Source: a phage
Length of the DNA: 64,000 bases
Strand: one strand, 5' to 3'
Assembly: GCA_025829515.1 (NCBI GenBank)
Contig: GCA_025829515.1_4865.1
How positions within the stretch are numbered: position 1 is the stretch's first letter; every line of letters starts with the position of its first letter. Shown one piece after another: positions 17,792 to 27,177 of this stretch. The notes beneath the pieces were generated by a model. It searched no databases. It was not told the origin of the DNA and worked only from the letters and a program-made list of their open reading frames with translations. The translations under genes and the position numbers were made by a program.

Positions 17792-19171
17792 TTAGGCTTC
17801 TGGCTCTGCCGCAGGGACATCCCAAACAGCTTTGCGGGCCAAGACACGATACTCCACGTTATCGAATTCGAAGACGTAGAAGTAAACGTTAGGATCGACG
17901 TCGTCTACGAGCTTCACGATATCCAGCGGGGTGGAATGTGGGTGATACTCTTCCGCTGCGATTAACGCCTGGAAGAACAAGTCCAGCCACTCGGTGGTTT
18001 TCTTCGACATTCTCGCAATATCTGCATTGTTAGTGCCGATTAATGCGTAGTCGGGAATCGTATCGTGCAGGGTCGTTTTGCGTGAATCGTTTTCAGGGCC
18101 TGCGATAACTACAGCGTTTAGTGATTTATAGATGGACGGTAAATCCGTTACATCGGTAGTTGGAGTTGAGATTGCTCCACTATTTTTTTCCGTAATGGTT
18201 TGAACAGTCCACTCCCCAAATCGGGAGATTGCTTTGACCCAGAAATCATATGGGAGAATCGGCGAGTATAATGCCGCAACGTCTTCCTCATTTGGAATCC
18301 CACGAATTGACCAACCGGGAACAATTGTGAACTTGGTGGTCGTAAAGATTTCTGGGAACACCTTGACACCCAACGCCACAGTAAAACTGGAGTTTGCCAA
18401 AATGTAATCACGCAACGCTTGTTTAATCCTGCTCGGGTTACGACCCGCGCGTCCGTAGATGATAGCCGACATCGGTATCGGTAAGGTGGAATCAAAGTCT
18501 TCCTGGTCGTGCCAAGTATAGATGTTAGTAATCAGGCTAGTGTACGGATAACCGTCAGCTAATTCGTTAATCTTATTATGGTGATCCGGAAGGTTGAACC
18601 CTTCCATTGCCTTTTCGACTACAGATTTCACAGCCAAGAAAGTATCAACCGGTAATATCGGCATTTGGACTTCAATTTCAAATCCGGTATAGTCCTGATT
18701 GAAATCTTCATCAGCAAACCAGAGAATAATCTGGTTATTCACATCAGATGGGTCTTCGACTTTATCTGCTGTGGTTTCAAGTTTCCAACTGACCCAACGT
18801 GGGAACCAGTTACTGTTAGTCTGAATCATCGCGCCAGACTGAACACCGCTGATGACACTATTAAATTGCCCCAACAGCAAACGCTGGAATTCAACTTCGT
18901 CGTTTCTTAAGTTGCCCAGGATAGACTGTTGGTAGATCCATTGGGAAACAGTAAGAACGTGGTCGCTAAAGACGGCCGGGGTCTTAATAGGCAACTCGTC
19001 ACGTTTAGAAGTAAAAGCAACCAGTTCCACCTGCAGATTTTCTTTAGTAAAATACTGCTTGCTTTTAGCGAACGAATATGACAGCTCAGACAACTCACCT
19101 ACCGGAGCGGTGTTGCCAGGGCCATTATCAATCAGAGCCGCTATTTGAATAAAGCCTTGTAAATCATACAT
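17792..19171 (-). CDS. hypothetical protein, possibly structural (459 aa)
   Basis: Long minus-strand ORF with GGAGAG RBS. Confidence 0.65.
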   Translation of the reverse strand: MYDLQGFIQIAALIDNGPGNTAPVGELSELSYSFAKSKQYFTKENLQVELVAFTSKRDELPIKTPAVFSDHVLTVSQWIYQQSILGNLRNDEVEFQRLLLGQFNSVISGVQSGAMIQTNSNWFPRWVSWKLETTADKVEDPSDVNNQIILWFADEDFNQDYTGFEIEVQMPILPVDTFLAVKSVVEKAMEGFNLPDHHNKINELADGYPYTSLITNIYTWHDQEDFDSTLPIPMSAIIYGRAGRNPSRIKQALRDYILANSSFTVALGVKVFPEIFTTTKFTIVPGWSIRGIPNEEDVAALYSPILPYDFWVKAISRFGEWTVQTITEKNSGAISTPTTDVTDLPSIYKSLNAVVIAGPENDSRKTTLHDTIPDYALIGTNNADIARMSKKTTEWLDLFFQALIAAEEYHPHSTPLDIVKLVDDVDPNVYFYVFEFDNVEYRVLARKAVWDVPAAEPEA

Positions 19172-19189
19172 AATTAAAAACTCTCCGAG

Positions 19190-19705
19190 GTGAGCATGAT
19201 AGCATCAGTTTTCAAACTGCTTCCATTCTTACAGATGCTGTGGGAAGCATTTAAACCGGGCGAGGGGGAGAAAGTAACACGAGCCGGGAAAATAGTGACA
19301 CTAGTGATAGTGGCACTGATCGCGTTCTCTGCATTTGTCTCATATGCCTATATTGTTCAATACCACACACTGGTTAGCGTTCAATCGCGTACTCAGTATC
19401 TGGAGATATCCTATAAGGAGCTAAAAGAGAAGTCCGATCATAGCGAAGTGGAGAACAATAAGTTGTACGATCGTCTCTTCACGTGCCTGGGTTCTCGACC
19501 GCCATATGATGGTACCAAATCTCCAACAGGAACAGGCACTGAGGCCGCGGTTCCGCCTGTAGATCTCAAGCCGGTAACACCGCCGGCACCGTTAAATCCG
19601 TCTAGCCCACCTGCCAAGAAATACCAGGCCGCTTCTCGCCCGGTAGGGTCGCAGGAGGCAAATGATTTCCGACAGGAGATTATCAGTACGCTTAATAATC
19701 CATGA
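19190..19705 (+). CDS. membrane-anchored coiled-coil/Pro-rich protein, i-spanin-like (171 aa)
   Basis: N-terminal TM segment, charged coiled-coil-like region, Pro-rich tail. Confidence 0.4.
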   Translation: MSMIASVFKLLPFLQMLWEAFKPGEGEKVTRAGKIVTLVIVALIAFSAFVSYAYIVQYHTLVSVQSRTQYLEISYKELKEKSDHSEVENNKLYDRLFTCLGSRPPYDGTKSPTGTGTEAAVPPVDLKPVTPPAPLNPSSPPAKKYQAASRPVGSQEANDFRQEIISTLNNP

Positions 19706-19714
19706 GGAGTATAC

Positions 19715-20194
19715 ATGAAGTTATTTTTGGTGGCGATACTGGTGCTATTGTTGACAGGATGCCCTGGAGCCATCCGTCACGTAGACCCAGATTACTCCTC
19801 AACCGGAGATTGGCCTTTTCGTCCTTTAGAACACCCACCAGTTTATGCTGGTGGGAACAGTCCTGAGGTGAAAAAGCTGGCAGGGAAAATGTTTGTTGCG
19901 GATGTGAACGCTTATGCTTATTACGTTTATCTGTACGCTAAGTCGTTGAACAATTACGCAGAAGCTAAGGGGTGGCGCACCCCGATGGCCGCACCGCTTT
20001 GTGAAGAGTTTATTCGCCCCACTCTTCATGATATACCCTCCGGGATATATCTCGACCCTGGTTCTCGTAGCCCTCAAGACATTAGTCGTGATTTGTCACG
20101 ACAGATTAAGTCTCTCATTCGCAGCTATCGCGAAGACAGAGAGTCTTTTAATCATGCCTACGAACGGCACAAAAGTAGTTGCCTTGTGCAATGA
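19715..20194 (+). CDS. putative lipoprotein, o-spanin-like (159 aa)
   Basis: Signal peptide with lipobox LLTGC; GAGGAG RBS; followed by terminator. Confidence 0.45.
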   Translation: MKLFLVAILVLLLTGCPGAIRHVDPDYSSTGDWPFRPLEHPPVYAGGNSPEVKKLAGKMFVADVNAYAYYVYLYAKSLNNYAEAKGWRTPMAAPLCEEFIRPTLHDIPSGIYLDPGSRSPQDISRDLSRQIKSLIRSYREDRESFNHAYERHKSSCLVQ

Positions 20195-20198
20195 AAAC

Positions 20199-20237
20199 TC
20201 CCTCTTACCTTCGGGTAAGAGGGGATTTCCTTTTTTT
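20199..20237 (+). terminator. rho-independent terminator
   Basis: Hairpin tcccctcttaccttcgggtaagagggga + T-run. Confidence 0.6.
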
Positions 20238-20255
20238 ACGTTAATAGTCAATAGT

Positions 20256-20276
20256 GTGATATATAATCTCGTGGAG
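20256..20276 (+). promoter_or_regulatory. putative phage promoter motif copy (gtgatatataatctcgtggag)
   Basis: Divergent copy of motif family upstream of gene 20284. Confidence 0.35.
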
Positions 20277-20283
20277 AGTTGAA

Positions 20284-21003
20284 ATGACATATCCTAAAAT
20301 TCTGCCTGTTTTAACACCAACCGTGGTTGTTGGGACGGACTTAGAAACTCTGGCCTTGCGTCCAGATGCCTACATCTTAACGTTGGCAAACGTGGCATTC
20401 GATGTTCCGACAATGAAAATGATCGGTTCATGTTACCACAAAATCGACCCCAACGATGCAAAAGCAAAAGAAATCTTCTACATCGATCCACAAACGGTCG
20501 GTTATTGGGAAGGTAAAGGCGACCCCGAATACGCACCGAGCGAGAAAGCACGTATTGAAGCGTTTTCTGGGACCACTCCACTGCCAGAAGCACTGTGGGC
20601 GGCCAAAAAATGGTTGGATGATCTGGGCAACGTGAAAATGGTTATCACCATGCGCGGTCCCGATTTCGATGCTCCAATTCTGATGAACGCATTCGCGCAG
20701 TGCGATATCCCGCCGGGCAAGTACCGCAAGTTTTCTATATTGGACTCTGACCGGACTGCAGAACGTATTGCATATGCGTTTGGCCTGGAACCGAACTGGC
20801 ACGCAGAAGCGCACCACTGGACCCGTGGCAAAGAAGCGTACGAGCATAACGCTAACTTTGATGCTGCGAAGGAAGCGTATTCTACGGCACGCATCTATCA
20901 TTTGGCCCTGGTCGCGCGTACGTACGGCTTCGAACGCATGTTAGAAGCCCACCGCGAAATGTGCACAGGTGAATACATTCCACCGCAGTTGCGAGGAGAA
21001 TAA
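20284..21003 (+). CDS. DnaQ-like DEDD 3'-5' exonuclease (239 aa)
   Basis: VVGTDLETLAL (Exo I D-x-E), PDFDAPIL (Exo II), HNANFDAAKEAY (Exo III-like). Confidence 0.6.
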   Translation: MTYPKILPVLTPTVVVGTDLETLALRPDAYILTLANVAFDVPTMKMIGSCYHKIDPNDAKAKEIFYIDPQTVGYWEGKGDPEYAPSEKARIEAFSGTTPLPEALWAAKKWLDDLGNVKMVITMRGPDFDAPILMNAFAQCDIPPGKYRKFSILDSDRTAERIAYAFGLEPNWHAEAHHWTRGKEAYEHNANFDAAKEAYSTARIYHLALVARTYGFERMLEAHREMCTGEYIPPQLRGE

Positions 21004-22517
21004 TGAAAGACGTCGACGTAGCGGTTATTTATACCGATGGTAGTCATACTGAGTCCCCGAAAGGTTCGGGGGCTGGTATTCATGGTTATTTATTCAACAA
21101 CGGAGATTTGGAAGACAGTCAGGCTTATAGCCATCCGGGTGTTTCAGAACGGATTACCACTGTTGGATACAAAAAAGTGCCGCAGGATGTGAAGTGTCCG
21201 GAGTTGCCGGACACCGTTCAATTTGTCGACGCCGTTATTCCCGTTCCGAAAGAGTTCTACTCAGATGTGGGCGAGTTAATCGCCTTCATCACGTTGTTTG
21301 AGAACGCGCCCTTCCGCGCGAAGAACTATATCATCTACGTGGATGCCAGTTACGTTGTAAACACTTTTAACGAGTGGATAGACGGGTGGCATAAACGTGG
21401 TTGGGTTCGTGCTGACGGTACTCCGCTGGCGAACAAAGAACTTATTGTTCGTATCTGGGAAATCAAACAGCAGATGAAAAAAGAAGGACGGGGTGTTAAG
21501 GTTATCAAAATCAAAGGACACTCCGGCCACTACGGTAACGACCGGGCGGACGAATTGGCTAGAAAAGGTTCAGCCATCACAGCGACCAACGACGGCGTTC
21601 CATATCAGCCGTACTGGTCGAAGGATGAGTTGCCTGCATCCGCGGAACCCGAGCCCATCGCCGCTGGGATGAACCTTGCGGCATATCCGCCGGTTTGTAC
21701 GGTTAAATATTGCTATCCGTTGGTGAACGAGGACCATCCTACTGTAAAAGTGAAAGATGAAACTTTCTATTACATGTTTGGTGGCAACCATGCAAAGAAC
21801 AAGGACGACTTGGTGTTTATTGGGAAAATGATTCCTGATGCACACTTTTCCGTAATGTTCACTAAACAACCGTGGGATAACATCTACACGATTGTAAACA
21901 ACCACGCCGCCCTGGCATGGAAAGATACACCGAAGATGCGGCAGTATGATCCAATCGGTGTTGTTAACAATGAGTTCGTTAAACGTAAGAAGTTCGTTGA
22001 CGTGGCAGGTGATGGATTACCGGCAGACAAGATGCATTTCAGTGGAGAAGATTCCAATGTCTGGTTCTTTGAAGACCTGGCCATCTCCAGAATGCTTCGC
22101 CCGCCCTTATTGTCGTACCGTGCGCTGGATATTCGTGACGAACTCGCTACAACGTTGAGAGATGTTCTGCATCAGGAAAAGGGTTATGTCTTAAATGATA
22201 TTACTGACTTGTTGTTCGATGACAAAGGTAAGCCTGTTAAGGAATACTACCGTAGCGTCGATAAGTCAATAACGTTAAAGATTGACTTTCCGATGGGTAA
22301 ACGACCTGTCTCGGTTATTTTGACGCGTGGTATTGATATTCCATCGCGTACGGAAATCAACCGTATTAAAGAACCCGAAGGCCGTTATTACATCGCGGTG
22401 TGTCGTCCTGAAAAATACTACATCCGTTACTTCTTAATCTATATCGGTAAAGAGTATCATGGGTTGTGGTGTGCGTATTACGCAAACCGTCGCATACTGC
22501 GAGAAGAAGAGGTGTAA
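21003..22517 (+). CDS. RNase HI-domain protein with ~300-aa C-terminal extension (504 aa)
   Basis: VIYTDGS, ELIAF, YVDASYV, WHKRGW, KGHSGHYGNDRADELARKG match RNase HI catalytic motifs; TAATG overlap with upstream exonuclease. Confidence 0.85.
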   Translation: MKDVDVAVIYTDGSHTESPKGSGAGIHGYLFNNGDLEDSQAYSHPGVSERITTVGYKKVPQDVKCPELPDTVQFVDAVIPVPKEFYSDVGELIAFITLFENAPFRAKNYIIYVDASYVVNTFNEWIDGWHKRGWVRADGTPLANKELIVRIWEIKQQMKKEGRGVKVIKIKGHSGHYGNDRADELARKGSAITATNDGVPYQPYWSKDELPASAEPEPIAAGMNLAAYPPVCTVKYCYPLVNEDHPTVKVKDETFYYMFGGNHAKNKDDLVFIGKMIPDAHFSVMFTKQPWDNIYTIVNNHAALAWKDTPKMRQYDPIGVVNNEFVKRKKFVDVAGDGLPADKMHFSGEDSNVWFFEDLAISRMLRPPLLSYRALDIRDELATTLRDVLHQEKGYVLNDITDLLFDDKGKPVKEYYRSVDKSITLKIDFPMGKRPVSVILTRGIDIPSRTEINRIKEPEGRYYIAVCRPEKYYIRYFLIYIGKEYHGLWCAYYANRRILREEEV

Positions 22518-22518
22518 C

Positions 22519-23259
22519 ATGTTGCGAGTCGTGAGTGAATCGCTCACGCTCCACACACAAAGTCTGATTAACTGTGTGGAGCAATACGGATGGATGTCGT
22601 GGATGGCAACGAACCGTGAGTTTGGTGCTGCGCCCATGGAAGATTACGACGTGTTGTACAAGTGGGGATTTGAAGCGGCTTGTGATGTTGTGGCAGAGCT
22701 GGTTACCGAAACAATTGCGCGTTACAACGCAAGATGTGATGAACCGATGCCTAAACAAGTCCCGCCGCAAATACCTCCGCTACCGACAATCGATCGTGAG
22801 CATTGTCGAATCTGGACAATGGAAGAGTTGTACGACGAACACGTTAGAATGCTGAAACCGAACGAGCTAATAACCGGTGCGTTGAACTGGTTCTTACATC
22901 GGTTCTGGACAGAGTTGGTCGATGTGGCGGGTGACGAAGATAATTGTTCTCAGGTTATTTGGTACGATCGAGCGATGTTTCATCGCAGTCTTAAAGATCG
23001 TAGTCTCTGCAACCTGTATATTGTTGACCCGTGTGAAGACATTGTAAAGGTAGCAGAAGGTAACTCTTATTCCGACTTGGTGATGCCCGTGGTAGAAAAA
23101 CCGATGGGTATTTTCCTGCAGGGAGACGCTTGGGTTTTAACGGATGATATCTCGGGCTACCTGCTGGACCCGGATGACATTCACTCGGACGAACCTGATA
23201 CCATCGAGTATTTTCACTTTACAGAACAGGCAGCACGCTTCTTGCATCTCTTAAAGTAA
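22519..23259 (+). CDS. hypothetical protein (246 aa)
   Basis: ATG 22519 with GAGGTG RBS immediately after previous stop. Confidence 0.55.
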   Translation: MLRVVSESLTLHTQSLINCVEQYGWMSWMATNREFGAAPMEDYDVLYKWGFEAACDVVAELVTETIARYNARCDEPMPKQVPPQIPPLPTIDREHCRIWTMEELYDEHVRMLKPNELITGALNWFLHRFWTELVDVAGDEDNCSQVIWYDRAMFHRSLKDRSLCNLYIVDPCEDIVKVAEGNSYSDLVMPVVEKPMGIFLQGDAWVLTDDISGYLLDPDDIHSDEPDTIEYFHFTEQAARFLHLLK

Positions 23260-23260
23260 T

Positions 23261-23285
23261 CTGAGATAGATATTATCTACAGGGA
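23261..23285 (+). promoter_or_regulatory. putative phage promoter motif copy (ctgagatagatattatctacaggga)
   Basis: Conserved motif copy upstream of gene 23313. Confidence 0.5.
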
Positions 23286-23312
23286 CGTAACCTTAAGGAG
23301 AATTTATTCACG

Positions 23313-24047
23313 ATGCTTAAAGTCGAAGTGCCAGTGCTTTTAAACCTCACGCCCCAGTTCTTTGAAGCGTTGTTCGAAAAGCATTGGCCCGCGTTCGCGA
23401 AGAACGAACTAAAGGATAACCCACAGTGGTATCCACTGCGCGATGAATTCAAGTACACAGCCATCAACGTCTGTATAGAAGTCTTCACTGCGTGGTTACA
23501 AGAGATGTACGACTGCATCAACACCGAACGGTTGTTCACGCTAGAACATGTAGAGATTAATGTTGTTGACGTCTACGAAGGTTACACCTACGAAGAAGGC
23601 ATTACTGCCACGGGGTTAAGCCAACAAGACGTTGAAGAACAAATCTTTGCGTGGATCGAGTGGTTTACGGAAAAGTTGATGCTGGCTGATTTTGTCACGC
23701 AGGTGGAAGATGTATTCATCCCAATGTACGAGCGGTTAGCTGAGATACGTCGTAACCATCGTCTGCTCGGTTACTGGTATGACACTTATACCACCTCCTC
23801 AACACTGTGGTCTTCCGCTACTGCCGCATTTGGCATAACTGATGGCGATTACGATGTCGTTCATTCCGGCCCTTGGCAGTATGGTTTCGGCACCCTGTGG
23901 CACGAGCTGACCGATGCCATGTGTCTGGACTTTTATCTGTGTGAAGGTAAGTTTTACACGGATAACTGCGTGAGCCAAATTCCGAATGGTGCGATGGTGG
24001 TGATGTGTCGCATCCGTAAAGAAGTCGCTGAGAAACTAAACTACTGA
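23313..24047 (+). CDS. hypothetical protein (244 aa)
   Basis: AAGGAG RBS; ORF. Confidence 0.55.
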   Translation: MLKVEVPVLLNLTPQFFEALFEKHWPAFAKNELKDNPQWYPLRDEFKYTAINVCIEVFTAWLQEMYDCINTERLFTLEHVEINVVDVYEGYTYEEGITATGLSQQDVEEQIFAWIEWFTEKLMLADFVTQVEDVFIPMYERLAEIRRNHRLLGYWYDTYTTSSTLWSSATAAFGITDGDYDVVHSGPWQYGFGTLWHELTDAMCLDFYLCEGKFYTDNCVSQIPNGAMVVMCRIRKEVAEKLNY

Positions 24048-24060
24048 AGGAGTATTTAAA

Positions 24061-24438
24061 ATGACGCAAGACGAATTTGAAACGATGGTAAAACAGTATT
24101 ACAAAGAAGGTGTGATTCTCTATATTGTCGAACCGGGACAAGAAGCCTGGTTAAATAAAGCAACGCTGAGTGTCGCTATTCGTGGAGAAGTGACAGTAGA
24201 GATGCGCAATATGGCACGTCTTATTCGCGATACTGCGATTACTGGCGGTAAACTGGTGTCTCTTGCGCATTTCAGAACACAGGGTCGCGATCAGGTATCG
24301 CTGGATGCTGAAGTTGATGTCGTTGCTACTGTTGGTTTTGATTTAGATGGTCTTCCAGGCTCGAACCTTGTCACGATTAAGAAATGGCGTGGATACGATG
24401 CAATCCCATCGCCAGGGGTGTGGCCGGCAACCAACTAG
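24061..24438 (+). CDS. hypothetical protein (125 aa)
   Basis: AAGGAG RBS. Confidence 0.5.
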   Translation: MTQDEFETMVKQYYKEGVILYIVEPGQEAWLNKATLSVAIRGEVTVEMRNMARLIRDTAITGGKLVSLAHFRTQGRDQVSLDAEVDVVATVGFDLDGLPGSNLVTIKKWRGYDAIPSPGVWPATN

Positions 24439-24449
24439 AGGTGGTCGCT

Positions 24450-24857
24450 ATGTTAAAGGTGTATAGCGAGTCATTGATGGACTTGCAAGAGTATCTAAAG
24501 CATGTGGAAATTAACGGCAACCGTGGAATGATATACTCCATGGTTGTCGAGATTTTAATTAAAATCGTGCTTGTTTCATTCCACGTAGCAGAAAACGGCA
24601 CTGCTGTACCAGGAGATGTTTATAAAGGCGTTATTAAGCATCTTAGCGAGCGCTACAGTTGTTTACGTGAACCGGATATCTTTAATGAGGTGCAGCGTGT
24701 TGTGTTGCTTATCCTCGACAACCGTGAAGACTTGGCGTACAAACTTGCGCATGAATTGGCAGACACGTCACAGCACGGTGGACAACTGAAATATAACGTT
24801 GTGGATCTCGTAGCGTGCAGATACTGGTATACGCAGCCCGAGGTAAGTAACTTTTAA
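24450..24857 (+). CDS. hypothetical protein (135 aa)
   Basis: ATG 24450 with GAGGTGG RBS. Confidence 0.5.
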   Translation: MLKVYSESLMDLQEYLKHVEINGNRGMIYSMVVEILIKIVLVSFHVAENGTAVPGDVYKGVIKHLSERYSCLREPDIFNEVQRVVLLILDNREDLAYKLAHELADTSQHGGQLKYNVVDLVACRYWYTQPEVSNF

Positions 24858-24867
24858 GGAGCATTAG

Positions 24868-25407
24868 ATGCAAATCGTAATTGACTTCGCTCTGTCGGAG
24901 TCGAGACGTCAGCTGGATGAAATTCTGTTAGGATTAAAACGTGACGTGGAATTTGAACTTCACGATGCGTTGGCCGTCCACGAAAATCGTTTGTCTGACG
25001 AAATAGGTTCGGGTGTAGATGTGGCTATCTGTGACACTGGGGATATGGTAAATCAGCTTATTGAACGTATGTTCACGCGGCTGCGTAACATTCTGAACTA
25101 TCCCCATCGTTTTGAACTGGTAGAAGGGACGGACCAAATCACCGACTTATTGAGTGAAGCCTTTGATAAGGTTGGTGAATCTCTGGCGGGGTTACATCAA
25201 GAGAACCTGGGCGAGACATATGTTGCTGTGGTCATTAACGGGCAAACGTCGAACGTTACGGACACGGTAACATGGTCCGATATCGTTGACCAGCCAATCA
25301 TTGACAAAATCACCAAGTTGTATCGTGAAGCAGAAATGAAAGTGCTGGCTATCTGTCGCCGTGAGTTGTTATACCTCGGTGAGAAATACGGGAAACCTAT
25401 TGAATGA
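24868..25407 (+). CDS. hypothetical protein (179 aa)
   Basis: AAGGAG RBS. Confidence 0.55.
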   Translation: MQIVIDFALSESRRQLDEILLGLKRDVEFELHDALAVHENRLSDEIGSGVDVAICDTGDMVNQLIERMFTRLRNILNYPHRFELVEGTDQITDLLSEAFDKVGESLAGLHQENLGETYVAVVINGQTSNVTDTVTWSDIVDQPIIDKITKLYREAEMKVLAICRRELLYLGEKYGKPIE

Positions 25408-25946
25408 AAATATTCATTGATTTACTCGATGACGAATTTCGTGAAATATTTCCAGCGGCGTTGTTCGAGTTTAAACGCAAGTGTGAAGACTATCTGATAC
25501 CGAAGAATATCGATCGTCAGCACCTCGCTGGGCTTATCTCTGCAGCGTATGTCAATATCGCGGTAAATGAAGTTCATCAACTCGCGCAACGTATTGCGTG
25601 TTTCGAATACAACGACGAAGACATTGAAGACGGTTTCCTGCAGTCTAAGATGGGTCGCTTCTCACTCGAACTCAAGACCGATGAAGTTATTGATAAGGTC
25701 GGTAAAGCGTTTGATGAAATGAAAGACATCGAAATGATGATTAAGATGTCTGGACCGGAAGCAGGCCCATTGAAAGAAGCGTGGGAACATCTCAACCGCG
25801 ACGAGTATAAAGAGATGTACATGGGTGAGTTCACCACCATGCTACGTCACCTCGAAGCACAGGTCTGGGAGCATATCGTTTCACGTCTGAAAGAAATACT
25901 GATTGTGGTCGAGCCAATGCAGCCTCTTGCTATCAGTAAATTCTAA
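25404..25946 (+). CDS. hypothetical protein (180 aa)
   Basis: ATGA overlap with previous gene; followed by bidirectional terminator. Confidence 0.55.
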   Translation: MKIFIDLLDDEFREIFPAALFEFKRKCEDYLIPKNIDRQHLAGLISAAYVNIAVNEVHQLAQRIACFEYNDEDIEDGFLQSKMGRFSLELKTDEVIDKVGKAFDEMKDIEMMIKMSGPEAGPLKEAWEHLNRDEYKEMYMGEFTTMLRHLEAQVWEHIVSRLKEILIVVEPMQPLAISKF

Positions 25947-25956
25947 ATCGGTCCGA

Positions 25957-26018
25957 AATAAAATAAAGCCTACCCACTCCCGTAAGGGGAGTGGGTACTG
26001 CTTACTTTTTATTTTTTG
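25957..26018. terminator. bidirectional intrinsic terminator
   Basis: A-run, hairpin cctacccactcccgtaaggggagtgggtag, T-run; near-identical stem sequence to terminator at 17107. Confidence 0.65.
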
Positions 26019-26764
26019 TTTGCTTTCAGGGTCTTGAGGCGATCACCGGTTACGTTCAGGCATTCTGTCAGTTCATTAATCTGTTTCATAAACAGTCCGA
26101 ACAGCTCAACCCAGTCAGCACCCATGTCAGCCATTTTCACTAACTCTGCCGCCACATTAGGATGGACTTGTGAATTAGAGATAATGTCTACAGAGACGTT
26201 GATGCTTTCAACTGTACGGTCAATACCTTTCTGGAGTTTCTTAGTCACTTCCAGGTTCAGCGCTTTGGCACGATTAAACGCAACGTCAATCTCACCTGCA
26301 CTGTGGTAGGTCTTTTCAATCGCACGCTGGTCGATCACGTTGTTGGTATACGACTTCGCCAGTTTCTCAACCAGATCTTTTGGATTGATATTTTTCAGCG
26401 GGTAGTTCAGGTCTTTGAACTTAAACCCAATCGGCAGAGTTAACATGCCCAGGTCATGGGTCATCGCACCGAAACGTTTATCGATGGGTGTTAAAACCCC
26501 TTCCTGAATCTTCTGGAGCACAGCCCATACAGATTCCAACCGTTCTATGTGGTCCATCACATACGTGTTGAAGCCCGGAGGTACGGGTACAAGCATTCCG
26601 GTAAAGTTTAAAAACTTCTCTTGCTGCATCCACTTGGACACATCAGACATGTCGTCATAGGTGGTCAGCGCGAGTTCCTGTTGAGAGCCGCTAAAGGCTT
26701 TAGGCAGAATCGTGGATGCTTTGGCAACAAAGCCCGACAACGCTGCAAGTGGATTAACATTCAT
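26009..26764 (-). CDS. hypothetical protein (251 aa)
   Basis: Minus-strand ORF with GAGGTTGA RBS. Confidence 0.6.
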   Translation of the reverse strand: MNVNPLAALSGFVAKASTILPKAFSGSQQELALTTYDDMSDVSKWMQQEKFLNFTGMLVPVPPGFNTYVMDHIERLESVWAVLQKIQEGVLTPIDKRFGAMTHDLGMLTLPIGFKFKDLNYPLKNINPKDLVEKLAKSYTNNVIDQRAIEKTYHSAGEIDVAFNRAKALNLEVTKKLQKGIDRTVESINVSVDIISNSQVHPNVAAELVKMADMGADWVELFGLFMKQINELTECLNVTGDRLKTLKANKK

Positions 26765-26862
26765 TCTATCAACCTCGAATATATAAGGGATTGGGCTACA
26801 TAGTAAGTCTTTTACGTATCACCCAAACCTTATGTACGAGAACTGCATAAAGGTAACATCTG

Positions 26863-27162
26863 ATGAGAATCAAATTACTGACTCGCGCTTTAACCTCTCG
26901 TATCGAACCTGAGATTTACACCACCCCGACGAAGAAGAATACCGATGGTAGTCCGATCGTGGTTGGTAAAATCCTGAACGTGACCACTCGTGCTGATGGT
27001 CAGCGCGTTCTGGAAATCGAAATCGACGAACGTAACCGTAACCGCTTCAAGGGCATTTCTAATATCAACCCTAAAGATGACAGTCAAGTCACCGAGTGGG
27101 CAGAAATGCATTTCGAAGTTTGGCATAAACGTCGTCTGTTACTCCCACTGAAAAAACGCTAA
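26863..27162 (+). CDS. hypothetical protein (99 aa)
   Basis: ORF immediately upstream of recombinase gene. Confidence 0.5.
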   Translation: MRIKLLTRALTSRIEPEIYTTPTKKNTDGSPIVVGKILNVTTRADGQRVLEIEIDERNRNRFKGISNINPKDDSQVTEWAEMHFEVWHKRRLLLPLKKR

Positions 27163-27177
27163 TTGACGGAGCGCTAA

